Positions 8,199 to 17,748 of a stretch of 64,000 bases of DNA are shown here, one piece after another. The notes beneath the pieces are model-generated. The model was not told where the DNA came from, did not search any database, and saw only the letters and a program-made list of their open reading frames with translations. The DNA lies in IMG/VR virus record IMGVR_UViG_3300034683_000041, positions 54,396 through 118,395 of that record. One strand, given 5' to 3'. Made by a program: the position numbers and the translations under genes. Numbering within the stretch: the stretch's first letter is position 1; each line of letters starts with the position of its first letter. Source of the stretch: a virus.

Positions 8199-10334
8199 AT
8201 GGAACCGACTGTCGAAAAAGGTGTCTATCGCCCAAAATTGTTAACTAAATATATCGACAACCAAGTAAAATATCTTAAGACACTACATCCTAACGCTCCG
8301 TATGAAAAAGTACGGGAATTAGTAGTGACTGAAGTTAAACAAAAATTGAAAAGACCTAAAGCTACTATCATACATCATCCTTCTCCAGGCAACTCAGAAC
8401 TCAAAAAAGTGGATCTACTCACACACATACAAGAACATTCTCACAGGATCATCACTCCAAGTGGAACCATATTCTACTCTACAGATGAGAAACATGCCTT
8501 CGACAAACAATTCATCGATAACTTACGAGAAGGTAGAAATAAAGCTAAAAAGGCCATGCTCAAATATAAGAGTGAAGGAGATCTTATTCGCGCAGGTAGT
8601 AAGAACAACGAACAAGCAACTAAGAAGATACGAGTCAACTCTATCATAGGAAGTAACGGTAACGACCAAAACGCTATGTATGACCAAGAAGCGTTTTGTG
8701 GAGTTACATCTTTAGCTCGACACGGCATCATCTCAGCATATGCATTCACAGAGAGATTTCTTACTTCTAATTTTTACTTCCCAGATTTTGAATCTGTTAT
8801 AAACTGCATCGTCACAAGTGCATCTCATTGTCCTTCGGAAAAAACAATCATGTCACTCGTTAAAAAATACAATCTCTCTATTCCGTTACCTTGTGATGTA
8901 GCAGAGATATTCGTCAATTGTTTGCACATGTATGTTCCGTATTCTCCGAAACACGAAAGACACATATCTACGATGATAGAAAATCTTTCGCTGCATGAGA
9001 GAATTTTTATATTTTATTCAAGAAATCTCTACAACTTATTTACTAATAATGATTCATTTTGGAAATCGTGGATGAAAGATTTCTTCAATACAGGAAGTAC
9101 CATTTCAGAAGAAGACCTATCTTCGTGTACAGCAGATGACCTTTGGACTATTGACAAAGATCTTTTGCAAGTTATAGCTACTCTGGAAAAAGATAAACTT
9201 GCGGGTATGCAGATAACAGATACTCCAAGTAAATCTCCGGAAATAGCAAAATATCTTGCAGCGATAGGAAAACGATTACAATCCAAATTGGACGATATAT
9301 CTGATCTTATTGATGTATTCTTGCACAGTGAAACATTTATGTCCAATATTCATTACCAGCGATCTATTGTGCGAAAATGCGTAGCTATTTCAGATACAGA
9401 CTCGGTTATATTCACCACGTATCATCTTCTTAAATGGTACCTTAATGGAACATTTAAATTTGTTACGGAAACCTATCACGCAAACGCACTTATCGTGTAT
9501 CTTATCACAAAATCGATCGGTTCTTTCATCAGGAAGATGAGTATCTCTAGAGGAGCTACTGGAGATAACATAGATGTGATTGAAATGAAGAACGAGTACA
9601 TGTATCCTGTACTTATTAAAACTGCACTAGGCAAACACTATGCAGGTACGTACACCATACAGGAAGGGAACTTCCTTCCTAAGCCAACACTCGATATCAA
9701 AGGTGTATCGTTCATGTCATCTAAAACACCTAGTGTAACTCATGAATTTACTAAAAAACTCATAGAAGACATACAAGAAGATGTACTTAACCATACTGAA
9801 GTATATCTTAGTGATTACATATACAGAGTGTACGAATATGAACAAACCATCTTCCAATCTCTCAAATCCGGAGAATTTACATATTTCAACAACGAAACTA
9901 TACGACACGCAAGTGAATACAAAAAGCCAGAAGCATCTATATATGCCAACTATCTATTCTGGAAAGAAGTATTTGCAGATAAATACGGGGATATTAATAT
10001 TCCTACGAAAGCATACATGATACCTGTATACGGAAAGTTATTCCGAAATGCGGACTATCTGAAATATGTTAAATCTGTAGATGCAAATGTCCATGATAGA
10101 CTGGTTAGATATATAGAAAAACTTCCTAAAAATAAAACTATCAATAGGATACCCTTGCCAACCACAATATCTGGACTTCCGAAGGAAATAGAACCTATAC
10201 TGTACCTCAGAGATATCGTGTATAAAAACACAGCAGCAGCACAACTGACTCTGAAGTCTATCGGTGCAGATCTCGGGTTCGCTAAACGAAGACCACTGTT
10301 CTCGGACATGTATAGTTTCTCAGTAGTACGTTAA
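8199..10334 (+). CDS. family B DNA polymerase, catalytic subunit of the split phiKZ-type enzyme (gp50-like)
   Basis: KKIRVNSIIGS (motif B), ISDTDS (motif C), KHYAG, IKGV; no exonuclease domain; GGAG SD. Confidence 0.88.
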   Translation: MEPTVEKGVYRPKLLTKYIDNQVKYLKTLHPNAPYEKVRELVVTEVKQKLKRPKATIIHHPSPGNSELKKVDLLTHIQEHSHRIITPSGTIFYSTDEKHAFDKQFIDNLREGRNKAKKAMLKYKSEGDLIRAGSKNNEQATKKIRVNSIIGSNGNDQNAMYDQEAFCGVTSLARHGIISAYAFTERFLTSNFYFPDFESVINCIVTSASHCPSEKTIMSLVKKYNLSIPLPCDVAEIFVNCLHMYVPYSPKHERHISTMIENLSLHERIFIFYSRNLYNLFTNNDSFWKSWMKDFFNTGSTISEEDLSSCTADDLWTIDKDLLQVIATLEKDKLAGMQITDTPSKSPEIAKYLAAIGKRLQSKLDDISDLIDVFLHSETFMSNIHYQRSIVRKCVAISDTDSVIFTTYHLLKWYLNGTFKFVTETYHANALIVYLITKSIGSFIRKMSISRGATGDNIDVIEMKNEYMYPVLIKTALGKHYAGTYTIQEGNFLPKPTLDIKGVSFMSSKTPSVTHEFTKKLIEDIQEDVLNHTEVYLSDYIYRVYEYEQTIFQSLKSGEFTYFNNETIRHASEYKKPEASIYANYLFWKEVFADKYGDINIPTKAYMIPVYGKLFRNADYLKYVKSVDANVHDRLVRYIEKLPKNKTINRIPLPTTISGLPKEIEPILYLRDIVYKNTAAAQLTLKSIGADLGFAKRRPLFSDMYSFSVVR

Positions 10335-10341
10335 TTGACAA

Positions 10342-10375
10342 CATCTAAGGTACCCTATCAAGGGTACCTTAGATG
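10342..10375. terminator. 15-bp-stem inverted repeat between convergent genes
   Basis: CATCTAAGGTACCCT-ATCA-AGGGTACCTTAGATG. Confidence 0.75.
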
Positions 10376-10376
10376 A

Positions 10377-11063
10377 TTAGACGTTAGTTTGAAGTTTAAG
10401 TTTTTCGATGATATATTCCATCTCAATTCTTCTTACATCGGATTCTCGTTTAGTCCATTCAAAATGATAATCTACTTTGTTTTTCTTAAACTTAGATTCA
10501 AAGTAATCGATCGTCTCGGAAGGAAACTTATTATACGTTCCTGCAAAAGACGCTGCTCTCCAGAATCCGATAACTCCTTCAGCATCAATAACGTCTGCAT
10601 CGAATAAAAGATCGGTCGAAGTTGAAGTATATTCTCGGGACAAAATGTGACAAGGGAAATATTCTGGACATCCATAACCCGAAGATTCATGGTAGTCGTA
10701 TGATCCCATGATGATAGTAGAATACACGTCTAAAGCAAGGTTCGGATAGATCTCTCTGACTATAGAAAATTCAGGCAAATCAGAGATAGAATCTGCGGCT
10801 ATGCTTGCAGATTTTACAACATCTTCTCCTCTCGCTTTGGTTTTGTTTTGTACTACATCATGAAAAATAGCACCAAGTTTTGCCACATAACTATCGTACA
10901 AAGTAACGATAGTTTTTTCAGTATCTGTAAGATTTGTCAGGATTGTCTCTATATTAGCAAGTACACGAGCTACGTGTACTTGCCCATGTGAACTATCTGT
11001 TATGTACGTATCTGCTATTCTTTTAGCGTGATGTAATGTTGTAACGATTTCTTTCTGTAACAT
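10377..11063 (-). CDS. HD-domain metal-dependent phosphohydrolase
   Basis: SHGQVHVARV, AIFHDVV, DADVIDAEGVIGFWR. Confidence 0.85.
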   Translation of the reverse strand: MLQKEIVTTLHHAKRIADTYITDSSHGQVHVARVLANIETILTNLTDTEKTIVTLYDSYVAKLGAIFHDVVQNKTKARGEDVVKSASIAADSISDLPEFSIVREIYPNLALDVYSTIIMGSYDYHESSGYGCPEYFPCHILSREYTSTSTDLLFDADVIDAEGVIGFWRAASFAGTYNKFPSETIDYFESKFKKNKVDYHFEWTKRESDVRRIEMEYIIEKLKLQTNV

Positions 11064-11069
11064 CTAGAG

Positions 11070-11519
11070 CTAGTCCTTTTTGTTTTTAAGCGGAAGTTCG
11101 GCTCCATGCTTTGCGAGATTGTCCGCCGCTTCATTACCAGGATCACCGTTGTGTCCTCTTACCCATTTGAATTTTACTTTAGTATGTCTGCGGATGGCTC
11201 TTTGTAGTTCTTTCCATTCTTCTTGATTTTTGACAGGCGTATTATTACTTGTCTTCCATCCTTTCTTTTCCCAATTGTCTATCCATTTCTTTTCAAACGC
11301 ATTAACTACATATTGACTATCGGAACGGACCTCTACATGTCTTGGTTCTTCGATTGAGTCAAGTCCACGCGTTACGGCAAGTATTTCCATACGGTTATTA
11401 GTAGTTGCAAGTTCTCCACCAACGACAACGTGTCCTTCATCAGATATCGCAGCATATCCGCCATTATCGTTGGCGCTAAAATAGCTTCCATCAGTATACA
11501 ACTTAAGGGGTTTTTTCAT
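11070..11519 (-). CDS. rnhA: ribonuclease HI
   Basis: YTDGS, TTNNRMEI, SDSQYV, VKNQEEW, WVRGHNGDPGNEAAD. Confidence 0.95.
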   Translation of the reverse strand: MKKPLKLYTDGSYFSANDNGGYAAISDEGHVVVGGELATTNNRMEILAVTRGLDSIEEPRHVEVRSDSQYVVNAFEKKWIDNWEKKGWKTSNNTPVKNQEEWKELQRAIRRHTKVKFKWVRGHNGDPGNEAADNLAKHGAELPLKNKKD

Positions 11520-11565
11520 AGTTTTTCTCCCTGTATTATCTTTAAGATATCTAAGTTTTTACATA

Positions 11566-11595
11566 CTAGGATCTACCACATGTGGTAGATCCTAG
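11566..11595. repeat. perfect 30-bp palindrome without spacer
   Basis: CTAGGATCTACCACA|TGTGGTAGATCCTAG. Confidence 0.8.
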
Positions 11596-11640
11596 ATGGT
11601 TTACTGTGTAACGGTATAGGGAGGAGTGTGTCATCATTGA

Positions 11641-12213
11641 TTACTTTAAGTAAGCCAGAATTCCAAGTCCTGCACCAAGTACAGACAAAACAAAAGCTAC
11701 TACTTTCCAAGATCTGACGATGAATTCTAATATCACGTCAACTTTAGTTTTTTGTTTAGTCAGTGCATTTACAGAGACCTGAAGTTTATCTAGCTCTTTA
11801 TGTATGGATTCAAGTTCGGTGTGAACCAATTCGCCATTCTGTCCCAATTGACTCAATTTGTTCCGAAGTATTACTGCATTCTGAATAATTTTCTGAAATC
11901 GGATATCGCAATCAGGACGTTTCTCATTGAGAATAGTCACACTTAAGTTAATAGTTTCGAGTTTTTCACAGACCTTTACTAGATCTGTTCTGAGCAAATC
12001 GATATTCTTTTGCTGGTCTCTCAGGGTTTGTTTGTGGTTAGATACTGCCTGTTGTAACTTCGAGATAGTATTTCGCATATGCGAAACGTTAACAGATAGT
12101 TCTTTAACGTCTTCTATGAGTTGCATTTGTCGTACTTGAGAAGTTCGGCTTTGCAGTACCACATCTTGTAACACCTGACCCAGCCTTAACGATCGATCCT
12201 GATCTTCAGGCAT
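11641..12213 (-). CDS. coiled-coil protein with C-terminal transmembrane helix (lysis-associated, XhlA-like topology)
   Basis: Heptad-rich body ending WKVVAFVLSVLGAGLGILAYLK; GGGAG SD before ATG 12213. Confidence 0.6.
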   Translation of the reverse strand: MPEDQDRSLRLGQVLQDVVLQSRTSQVRQMQLIEDVKELSVNVSHMRNTISKLQQAVSNHKQTLRDQQKNIDLLRTDLVKVCEKLETINLSVTILNEKRPDCDIRFQKIIQNAVILRNKLSQLGQNGELVHTELESIHKELDKLQVSVNALTKQKTKVDVILEFIVRSWKVVAFVLSVLGAGLGILAYLK

Positions 12214-12235
12214 AACCACTCCCTATATTTTCGTA

Positions 12236-12475
12236 TTATCTCCGCCAAAGATTACAGTACTCCCCAGGTTTGCTCTCTACGTAATTAGCGGAAGCTAACT
12301 CATGTTTTATTTGCGCTAACCCAAGAACAATCTCTGACCCAATTGCCCGACACTGTTTTATTTGATGATTTATCTCAGCAACCAGTTCTATTGCTTCGTC
12401 TGTCTCTGAGTTCATTGCTCTTAGATATTCTACACACAATTCCAACGAACACACGATATCTTCGGATGTGTTCAT
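12236..12475 (-). CDS. hypothetical small helical protein
   Basis: GGAGG SD before ATG 12475; lies in the lysis operon. Confidence 0.55.
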   Translation of the reverse strand: MNTSEDIVCSLELCVEYLRAMNSETDEAIELVAEINHQIKQCRAIGSEIVLGLAQIKHELASANYVESKPGEYCNLWRR

Positions 12476-12511
12476 TATGCCCTCCATCCCCCAAAGCTCA
12501 ATGAACCGACC

Positions 12512-13153
12512 TTATTTTTTAACTAAATCAGTAAATCTTTTCTTCCAATCCTTAGGAGTTTTAGAAGATGTATTTACCTCCGACGAATCTTTCGAACTAC
12601 CAGAAAAGCTGGTACCAAAGAAAAATCCGACAATGATCATCAAAATGTTGTCAGTAGAAGGGATCATTTGGGCTGCAAGATTGGTATTGATATATGCTTC
12701 AGGAACAAGCATAACTACGAATTTGATAAGATAGTTCAGCAAAATCAACAGTATCCCTAAATGGTAGACTCTCTTACTATTAGCAAGAAGTCCTTCTACT
12801 GCTGTTTGATTTCCAGTTCTAGCAGCATCGACTACTGCTCTAGTAACTGAGTTTTGCATGTCTCTGGCATCAGCTCTATCTTCGTTGGCTAATCGCTGAG
12901 ATTCTAGAGCCAGTTCTTTTAATTTGATCTGATTTTCGTTTATACATTTGGTTAATGTCTCCATTTCTTCTGAAGAAAACTCTCGCACATCTCCAGAAGA
13001 ATCTACCATAGGGATACCAGTTTTCTCTTCTATAAAAGTTTGAACTTTTTCAACACCTTTTTCAGTAGCTCCCTTCATAAAGTCAGAAGCAACATCACAA
13101 CCTGCATTGATAAGAGTTCCTAGTACTGTTCCAAGAATGGATGTTAAAATCAT
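12512..13153 (-). CDS. putative holin (3TM/GTA-holin-like)
   Basis: Amphipathic N-terminus, ANEDRADARDMQ motif, two hydrophobic segments ending IIVGFFFGTS; next to the endolysin. Confidence 0.65.
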   Translation of the reverse strand: MILTSILGTVLGTLINAGCDVASDFMKGATEKGVEKVQTFIEEKTGIPMVDSSGDVREFSSEEMETLTKCINENQIKLKELALESQRLANEDRADARDMQNSVTRAVVDAARTGNQTAVEGLLANSKRVYHLGILLILLNYLIKFVVMLVPEAYINTNLAAQMIPSTDNILMIIVGFFFGTSFSGSSKDSSEVNTSSKTPKDWKKRFTDLVKK

Positions 13154-13210
13154 AAGTCATTCCCCGTTCGATGTATCATGATTAATAATCATATTATCCG
13201 GTAATAAAAA

Positions 13211-13244
13211 AGTAGAACTTCCCCCAATAAAGGGAAGTTCTACT
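13211..13244. terminator. inverted repeat with T-run on the minus strand
   Basis: AGTAGAACTTCCC...GGGAAGTTCTACT preceded by an A-run on +. Confidence 0.75.
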
Positions 13245-13256
13245 ATCGAAGATTTA

Positions 13257-13739
13257 TCAGATTTCTAAAAAGATGATCGATCCTTCAGGATCATACATGT
13301 TTCCTATATCGAAATGGAACCAGGAAATAGCTTTTCCTTTTAACCTGTGTTCTACACGATGGATGTGTTCAAAATGGGCTAACTTGGTATTGCTACGATA
13401 TCCTTTTTTATTAGCTCCATCTTTCAACATTTCTTGCCGTATTTCTTCTGCAGTAGCATTTTTAAAATTGGCATCTATGGCATTGCCAGATTTGTGCAAA
13501 GAGAACGCTGCTCCTTGCGTGCAATCAAAAGGTCTCCAAGCACGATACTGTAGTCCTCCACCATATTGCCAGTTATTGATTGTTATAGGACCATATCGTT
13601 TTCGCAAAAGATCACATGTGAGTAGAACTACTGGGTTAAACAAAAAGTAGATCTTAGATAGGTTACCTAATTTTTTAGCGTGTTCGTAGATGTGTTTAGG
13701 AACAAGTTCATGCGGTCTGATATACTTAGGAGTATACAT
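13257..13739 (-). CDS. peptidase M15-family endolysin
   Basis: GPITINNW, YRAWRP, SLHKSGNAID (HxxxxxxD) and WFHFD zinc ligands. Confidence 0.85.
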   Translation of the reverse strand: MYTPKYIRPHELVPKHIYEHAKKLGNLSKIYFLFNPVVLLTCDLLRKRYGPITINNWQYGGGLQYRAWRPFDCTQGAAFSLHKSGNAIDANFKNATAEEIRQEMLKDGANKKGYRSNTKLAHFEHIHRVEHRLKGKAISWFHFDIGNMYDPEGSIIFLEI

Positions 13740-13751
13740 GAAAATTTCTCC

Positions 13752-14381
13752 TTAAATATCCGATGCGTTAACGGATGATAATCTTATCTGATTCAAGTAC
13801 GGATCAGTCATACACGGGATCCATTTTGTAGCGACATCCCCTTCTTCTAACTTCAAGCGTTTGATGATCGCTTCTTCTTCTTCTGATGCTGCCAGATGTT
13901 CTATGCAGAAAGCTGCACCAGATATACCTTCCGGTATATGAAGTTGACGAATAACTCGCATATCCAATGTACTAGGAGCATCATAGATAATTTCACGGGA
14001 ATGTGCTTCCAGGGTATTTAAATGTTCGTCTTTCTGATATAAAACCGTGATTCGTATATTGGATACGGAATCAAAATACCCACTAAAAGTGTAGATACCT
14101 CCACTTTGTACCGGGATAGAAATACAGGTCATTCCAGTACCTTCATCATTCCCTTTAGTTACAAAATACGAGAAATCATCTATCATGAAATTATCTCGAA
14201 AATTGATCGTACGTGGAGTGTGTTCCCACCCATGGGTATTCATCATTCCTGTAGAATTGTATATCAGATTTGGATTTATCTCTTTTAAAACAGAATCATC
14301 ATGTTTATCACTTCCATGAATCGGAACATCCCCAGGTTCAGTAGAACCCCCAGAAGGTAATAACCAACCAAATTGCCACAT
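13752..14381 (-). CDS. tail appendage protein with carbohydrate-binding-like domain
   Basis: NPNLIYNS...GW and KLEEGDVATKWIP pattern common in phage fibre CBM-like domains. Confidence 0.55.
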   Translation of the reverse strand: MWQFGWLLPSGGSTEPGDVPIHGSDKHDDSVLKEINPNLIYNSTGMMNTHGWEHTPRTINFRDNFMIDDFSYFVTKGNDEGTGMTCISIPVQSGGIYTFSGYFDSVSNIRITVLYQKDEHLNTLEAHSREIIYDAPSTLDMRVIRQLHIPEGISGAAFCIEHLAASEEEEAIIKRLKLEEGDVATKWIPCMTDPYLNQIRLSSVNASDI

Positions 14382-14390
14382 AGTTCACTC

Positions 14391-14852
14391 CTAGATGACC
14401 AAAGGATGAAACGCTATGGTATTCAAGTTTTCTGTATCCATGTTCTGCAGAGTATACGTAATAAATCTACAAGGAGGAAACTGTATCTGTTCGTGCACTA
14501 TATCCTGTGCGGCAAGCTCGATGGTCTTATCAAGTTCAAAATACAGACTTGTAGTGTTTTGATTTGAGATAGGCCCGATTCTCTGGAACAACGGTTTAGG
14601 AAGATATCCAAAAATGTCAGAAGGTAAAGCTACAGGATAATTAGAATATGCAAAACTGATCTTTGTAGCATGTGTTGAAGTCGCTTGTATTGTGATAAGT
14701 CCAAAACTTGCATTAAACTGCATAAGGTCGATCGTGTGGGATACATTTCCTGAGGGTTTAAGGATCAAGTATGCACCATCTTCAGAAACATATTTGATCG
14801 AAGGATTGTTTCGTATTTTAGAACTGTCTATGTGTGGGATAAGAAAAGCCAT
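14391..14852 (-). CDS. hypothetical protein (tail module)
   Basis: 153-aa ORF, GGAGG SD. Confidence 0.65.
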   Translation of the reverse strand: MAFLIPHIDSSKIRNNPSIKYVSEDGAYLILKPSGNVSHTIDLMQFNASFGLITIQATSTHATKISFAYSNYPVALPSDIFGYLPKPLFQRIGPISNQNTTSLYFELDKTIELAAQDIVHEQIQFPPCRFITYTLQNMDTENLNTIAFHPLVI

Positions 14853-14917
14853 TATAAACCTCCACTGGAGTTATTGAGAACTTGTTATTGCATAAGATAA
14901 CTCCATAGCTATAGAAG

Positions 14918-14953
14918 TATGAGATATCTCTCCCGAAGGAGAGATATCTCATA
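14918..14953. terminator. 16-bp-stem inverted repeat
   Basis: TATGAGATATCTCTCC-CGAA-GGAGAGATATCTCATA; loop reads TTCG on the minus strand. Confidence 0.8.
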
Positions 14954-14970
14954 TTAATAGAGTTTAGTTT

Positions 14971-15678
14971 TTACACTGCGCTAAGTGCAGCGGTCTGAGC
15001 GGCATTGTATCCCTGGAAATGGATAGCATCGGTGATACGGATCGCATCAGTTGCAAGAGTTGCAACAGTGTCACGTTCTTCGATCGTCATCTTAACGAAG
15101 CTAGTACCATCTGCAATGACATCCAGGGTGTCCTCTGTTTTCGAGAACTTGTCAGCAAGCTGAGCATCCAGGTCAAGGGATTCCTTCTCACCGATCTTTT
15201 CCCATTCGCCAGCGCCTTCTGCACCTGCAGCGTTCCACACGTACTGAGCACTGCTAGCAGTAACGGTGGGATCAGCAGAAGCATCCAGAACAAAGATCAG
15301 ACCGTCACGCTGTTCATCGACCAGCGCATCACGGGCTGTGATGTCAGCAACGAACTTAACAGCACCGCTAACAACACCTGCAGGAAGAAGATCCAGGGGG
15401 ATCTTACCTCCGCCATCCAGCTGAAGAAGGCCGTTGGCGGCGTTGGCATTGTCCAGCATAGCACGCTGAGCTGTCGTCAGCGTAGCTTCGATCAGATTGC
15501 CCAGATCGTTATACCGAGTAACTCCGTCACCAATTTTGATAAAACCGGTATCGGAATCCATAGCCATGAACCCTTCCATAAGAATCGGGTTATGACTTGC
15601 CCACGCTGCACCAGTATCTACACCGATGGATACTGCTGCCGGGAAACTCTTAACATCAGGAGCGTAATTAAAAGCCAT
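14971..15678 (-). CDS. virion fibre/decoration protein with Mtd_N (hyaluronidase N-terminal-like) domain
   Basis: WASHNPILMEGFMAMDSDTGFIKIGDGVTRYNDL; ANGLLQLDGGGKIP; start moved to ATG 15678 (GAGAGG SD). Confidence 0.7.
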   Translation of the reverse strand: MAFNYAPDVKSFPAAVSIGVDTGAAWASHNPILMEGFMAMDSDTGFIKIGDGVTRYNDLGNLIEATLTTAQRAMLDNANAANGLLQLDGGGKIPLDLLPAGVVSGAVKFVADITARDALVDEQRDGLIFVLDASADPTVTASSAQYVWNAAGAEGAGEWEKIGEKESLDLDAQLADKFSKTEDTLDVIADGTSFVKMTIEERDTVATLATDAIRITDAIHFQGYNAAQTAALSAV

Positions 15679-15845
15679 GATAAACCTCTCAAAATAGATT
15701 GTTTTTCTTGACACCATGTCAAGCAATGTTACACGCGTGTAGTCCCCACAATTATCTTCACAATCTAGAGAAGAAAATAGTTGAGATTCCACATAGAATA
15801 TTACATATATTAAGTGTACCTAAATGTGGTACACTTAATATATCT

Positions 15846-16316
15846 TCAAACAACAAATGTATTGAGTTCTGTGTCCGGAGTATTTTTGAGATCGTCTTCT
15901 CTAGATCGTTGCCAACCAAATGCCAGTTGCAGATGTTCGTTGAGTGCCAGAAATACTTTATCAAACAAAGGTTTATCCATTGTAACCCATACACCATCGC
16001 TGGCTTTCCAGTCTTGGATCACCGTTTCAGGATTGTCAGCGAATACCTTCGTTAGTAATGTGTAGGATGCACGAGCACTCTGATCACTGTCCCACAACTT
16101 ACCGGCATACAGGAATCCACTATCCCGAAGTTCATTCTTCTGAATAGCTATCTCATTTAAGATAGACTCTCTGGTTCTTAACCAGGTACCTTCCGTCGTG
16201 AGTATATAGTTTTCTCCAGGACAATCTTCTTGTACATGAATGTATCCTTCTGGAGCAAACTTCTGTTTAGCACAGTACACCACGTTAGAAGTTCCCACTT
16301 GCGCAAAGATAAGCAT
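15846..16316 (-). CDS. DUF4376-like tail fibre assembly protein
   Basis: GFLYAGKLWDSDQSAR...WKASDGVWVTM; directly downstream of a fibre gene. Confidence 0.65.
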   Translation of the reverse strand: MLIFAQVGTSNVVYCAKQKFAPEGYIHVQEDCPGENYILTTEGTWLRTRESILNEIAIQKNELRDSGFLYAGKLWDSDQSARASYTLLTKVFADNPETVIQDWKASDGVWVTMDKPLFDKVFLALNEHLQLAFGWQRSREDDLKNTPDTELNTFVV

Positions 16317-17606
16317 CTAGCTCCTCCTAACGATGACTGGAGTTGTACCAACCGTCAGTCCTGAGATCGTTTCAAGATCCGATGTTTTAACAATGCCGTC
16401 TTGAGTAGCTTGGACATTCCATCCACCATACGGGTTATCGATAATTGTACCGTCTGCAGGAACAACAAATCTATCTGAAGTAGCGTAAGAATAAATGTCT
16501 ACGATGTTACCAGCATCATACTCAATAAATCCAATATAAACTCTTCGTATTTCATTATCTGCAGTATCCAACATCTTTTTAGATAATGGCATGTACAGAT
16601 CTGTGAGAGGATTCTGACCTACTGGTCTTGTCTCTTCAACAACAAATCCATAGGTGTTAACACCAAATCCAGACACTGAGCCAGAGGCAGCAATATCAAC
16701 ATACACATAGTTCTTGCCTTCGACCAGATCAGCGGTATTGATGTATCCAAGAGTATCCATAGCTGCAGATAACTTGGTAAGCGTATCTTCAACATAAGCT
16801 ACTCTTAGTTTATCACTGATAGCAATCTGACCAGCTGAAGCTTCAGCAAATGAAATGTTGATGTGGCCTATAGCTACATAATGGTAGTCTGAAGTAACTC
16901 CATGTAATCTCAAACAACGGAAATCAAGTTTTCTTCCTCTAGAACCGTTGAGTTCGGTGATGATGATAGACGAGGTCTGACTTGCCGGGGCAACATCATT
17001 CATTTCGTATACAAGAACTCCGTCCAGTAACAGTTGTAACTTCTTAGGAAATAAACCTAACCAGATATGGATATCTCTCGGGAAAAGTTCGATATCGCCA
17101 AGAGTACGATCTTGACCAAAGTCTATAGATAGTGTCTGATCTCCAACACCATTTATGAACGTATTTCTCTGACTACACCAACAATTCAGTCGGTTATCTG
17201 CTACTTCAGAGAAAGTTTTCCAGTTCTGAAGTCTAGGTACTTCATAGTCGGATGTAGAAGATGCCACCATTCCATAGGAGTTACTAGATGTGAAATCCGG
17301 AAGTTCTCTTCCCAGGATAGTGATAGGAGTCGCATCGAATATGGCTGGATCATACCCCACAGGAACATTTCCAAGTGCTGTATACGCAATGCTCTGTGGA
17401 AGTAATCCCATGTCTCTGACAGTAGATGTGCATTCAGGTAAATTGCCCCAAGTATTTATACCATCGCCTATCTTTAAAGTTCGTTCTCCGTTGAGGTGTA
17501 CAACTTGATGGATACGTCCAAGAGGTACCGGGTCATCTCCATAAGTTTCAGACCAAGCCGTATCAGTATCACTGCCTATGTGGATATGTCCATGTATACT
17601 TTTCAT
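16317..17606 (-). CDS. tail fibre / receptor-binding protein (Mtd_N plus discoidin-like domain)
   Basis: LKIGDGINTWGNLP; central QTLSIDFGQ...IELFPR...FPKKLQL beta-sandwich pattern. Confidence 0.65.
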   Translation of the reverse strand: MKSIHGHIHIGSDTDTAWSETYGDDPVPLGRIHQVVHLNGERTLKIGDGINTWGNLPECTSTVRDMGLLPQSIAYTALGNVPVGYDPAIFDATPITILGRELPDFTSSNSYGMVASSTSDYEVPRLQNWKTFSEVADNRLNCWCSQRNTFINGVGDQTLSIDFGQDRTLGDIELFPRDIHIWLGLFPKKLQLLLDGVLVYEMNDVAPASQTSSIIITELNGSRGRKLDFRCLRLHGVTSDYHYVAIGHINISFAEASAGQIAISDKLRVAYVEDTLTKLSAAMDTLGYINTADLVEGKNYVYVDIAASGSVSGFGVNTYGFVVEETRPVGQNPLTDLYMPLSKKMLDTADNEIRRVYIGFIEYDAGNIVDIYSYATSDRFVVPADGTIIDNPYGGWNVQATQDGIVKTSDLETISGLTVGTTPVIVRRS

Positions 17607-17670
17607 GATAAAACAACTCCCAAGTTAAATCGGATACATAAAATACCCTTAAACTACACAATTTTACAAG

Positions 17671-17710
17671 AGTAACTATAGTGACCCCAAACAGGGTCAC
17701 TATAGTTACT
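17671..17710. terminator. 17-bp-stem inverted repeat
   Basis: AGTAACTATAGTGACCC-CAAACA-GGGTCACTATAGTTACT. Confidence 0.75.
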
Positions 17711-17748
17711 TTGGGTATATGGAGAACTCACCCATTCTCCACGAATAC

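Noticed and set aside
10377-11063. HD protein as DatZ of a 2-aminoadenine (Z-DNA) pathway
   Set aside because: No purZ or mazZ nearby; motifs fit a generic HD phosphohydrolase
15019-15711. 230-aa + strand ORF
   Set aside because: Antisense shadow of the Mtd_N fibre gene, which has the SD and motifs
14971-17606. Diversity-generating retroelement suggested by Mtd_N domains
   Set aside because: No reverse transcriptase and no template/variable repeat pair differing at adenines in this window
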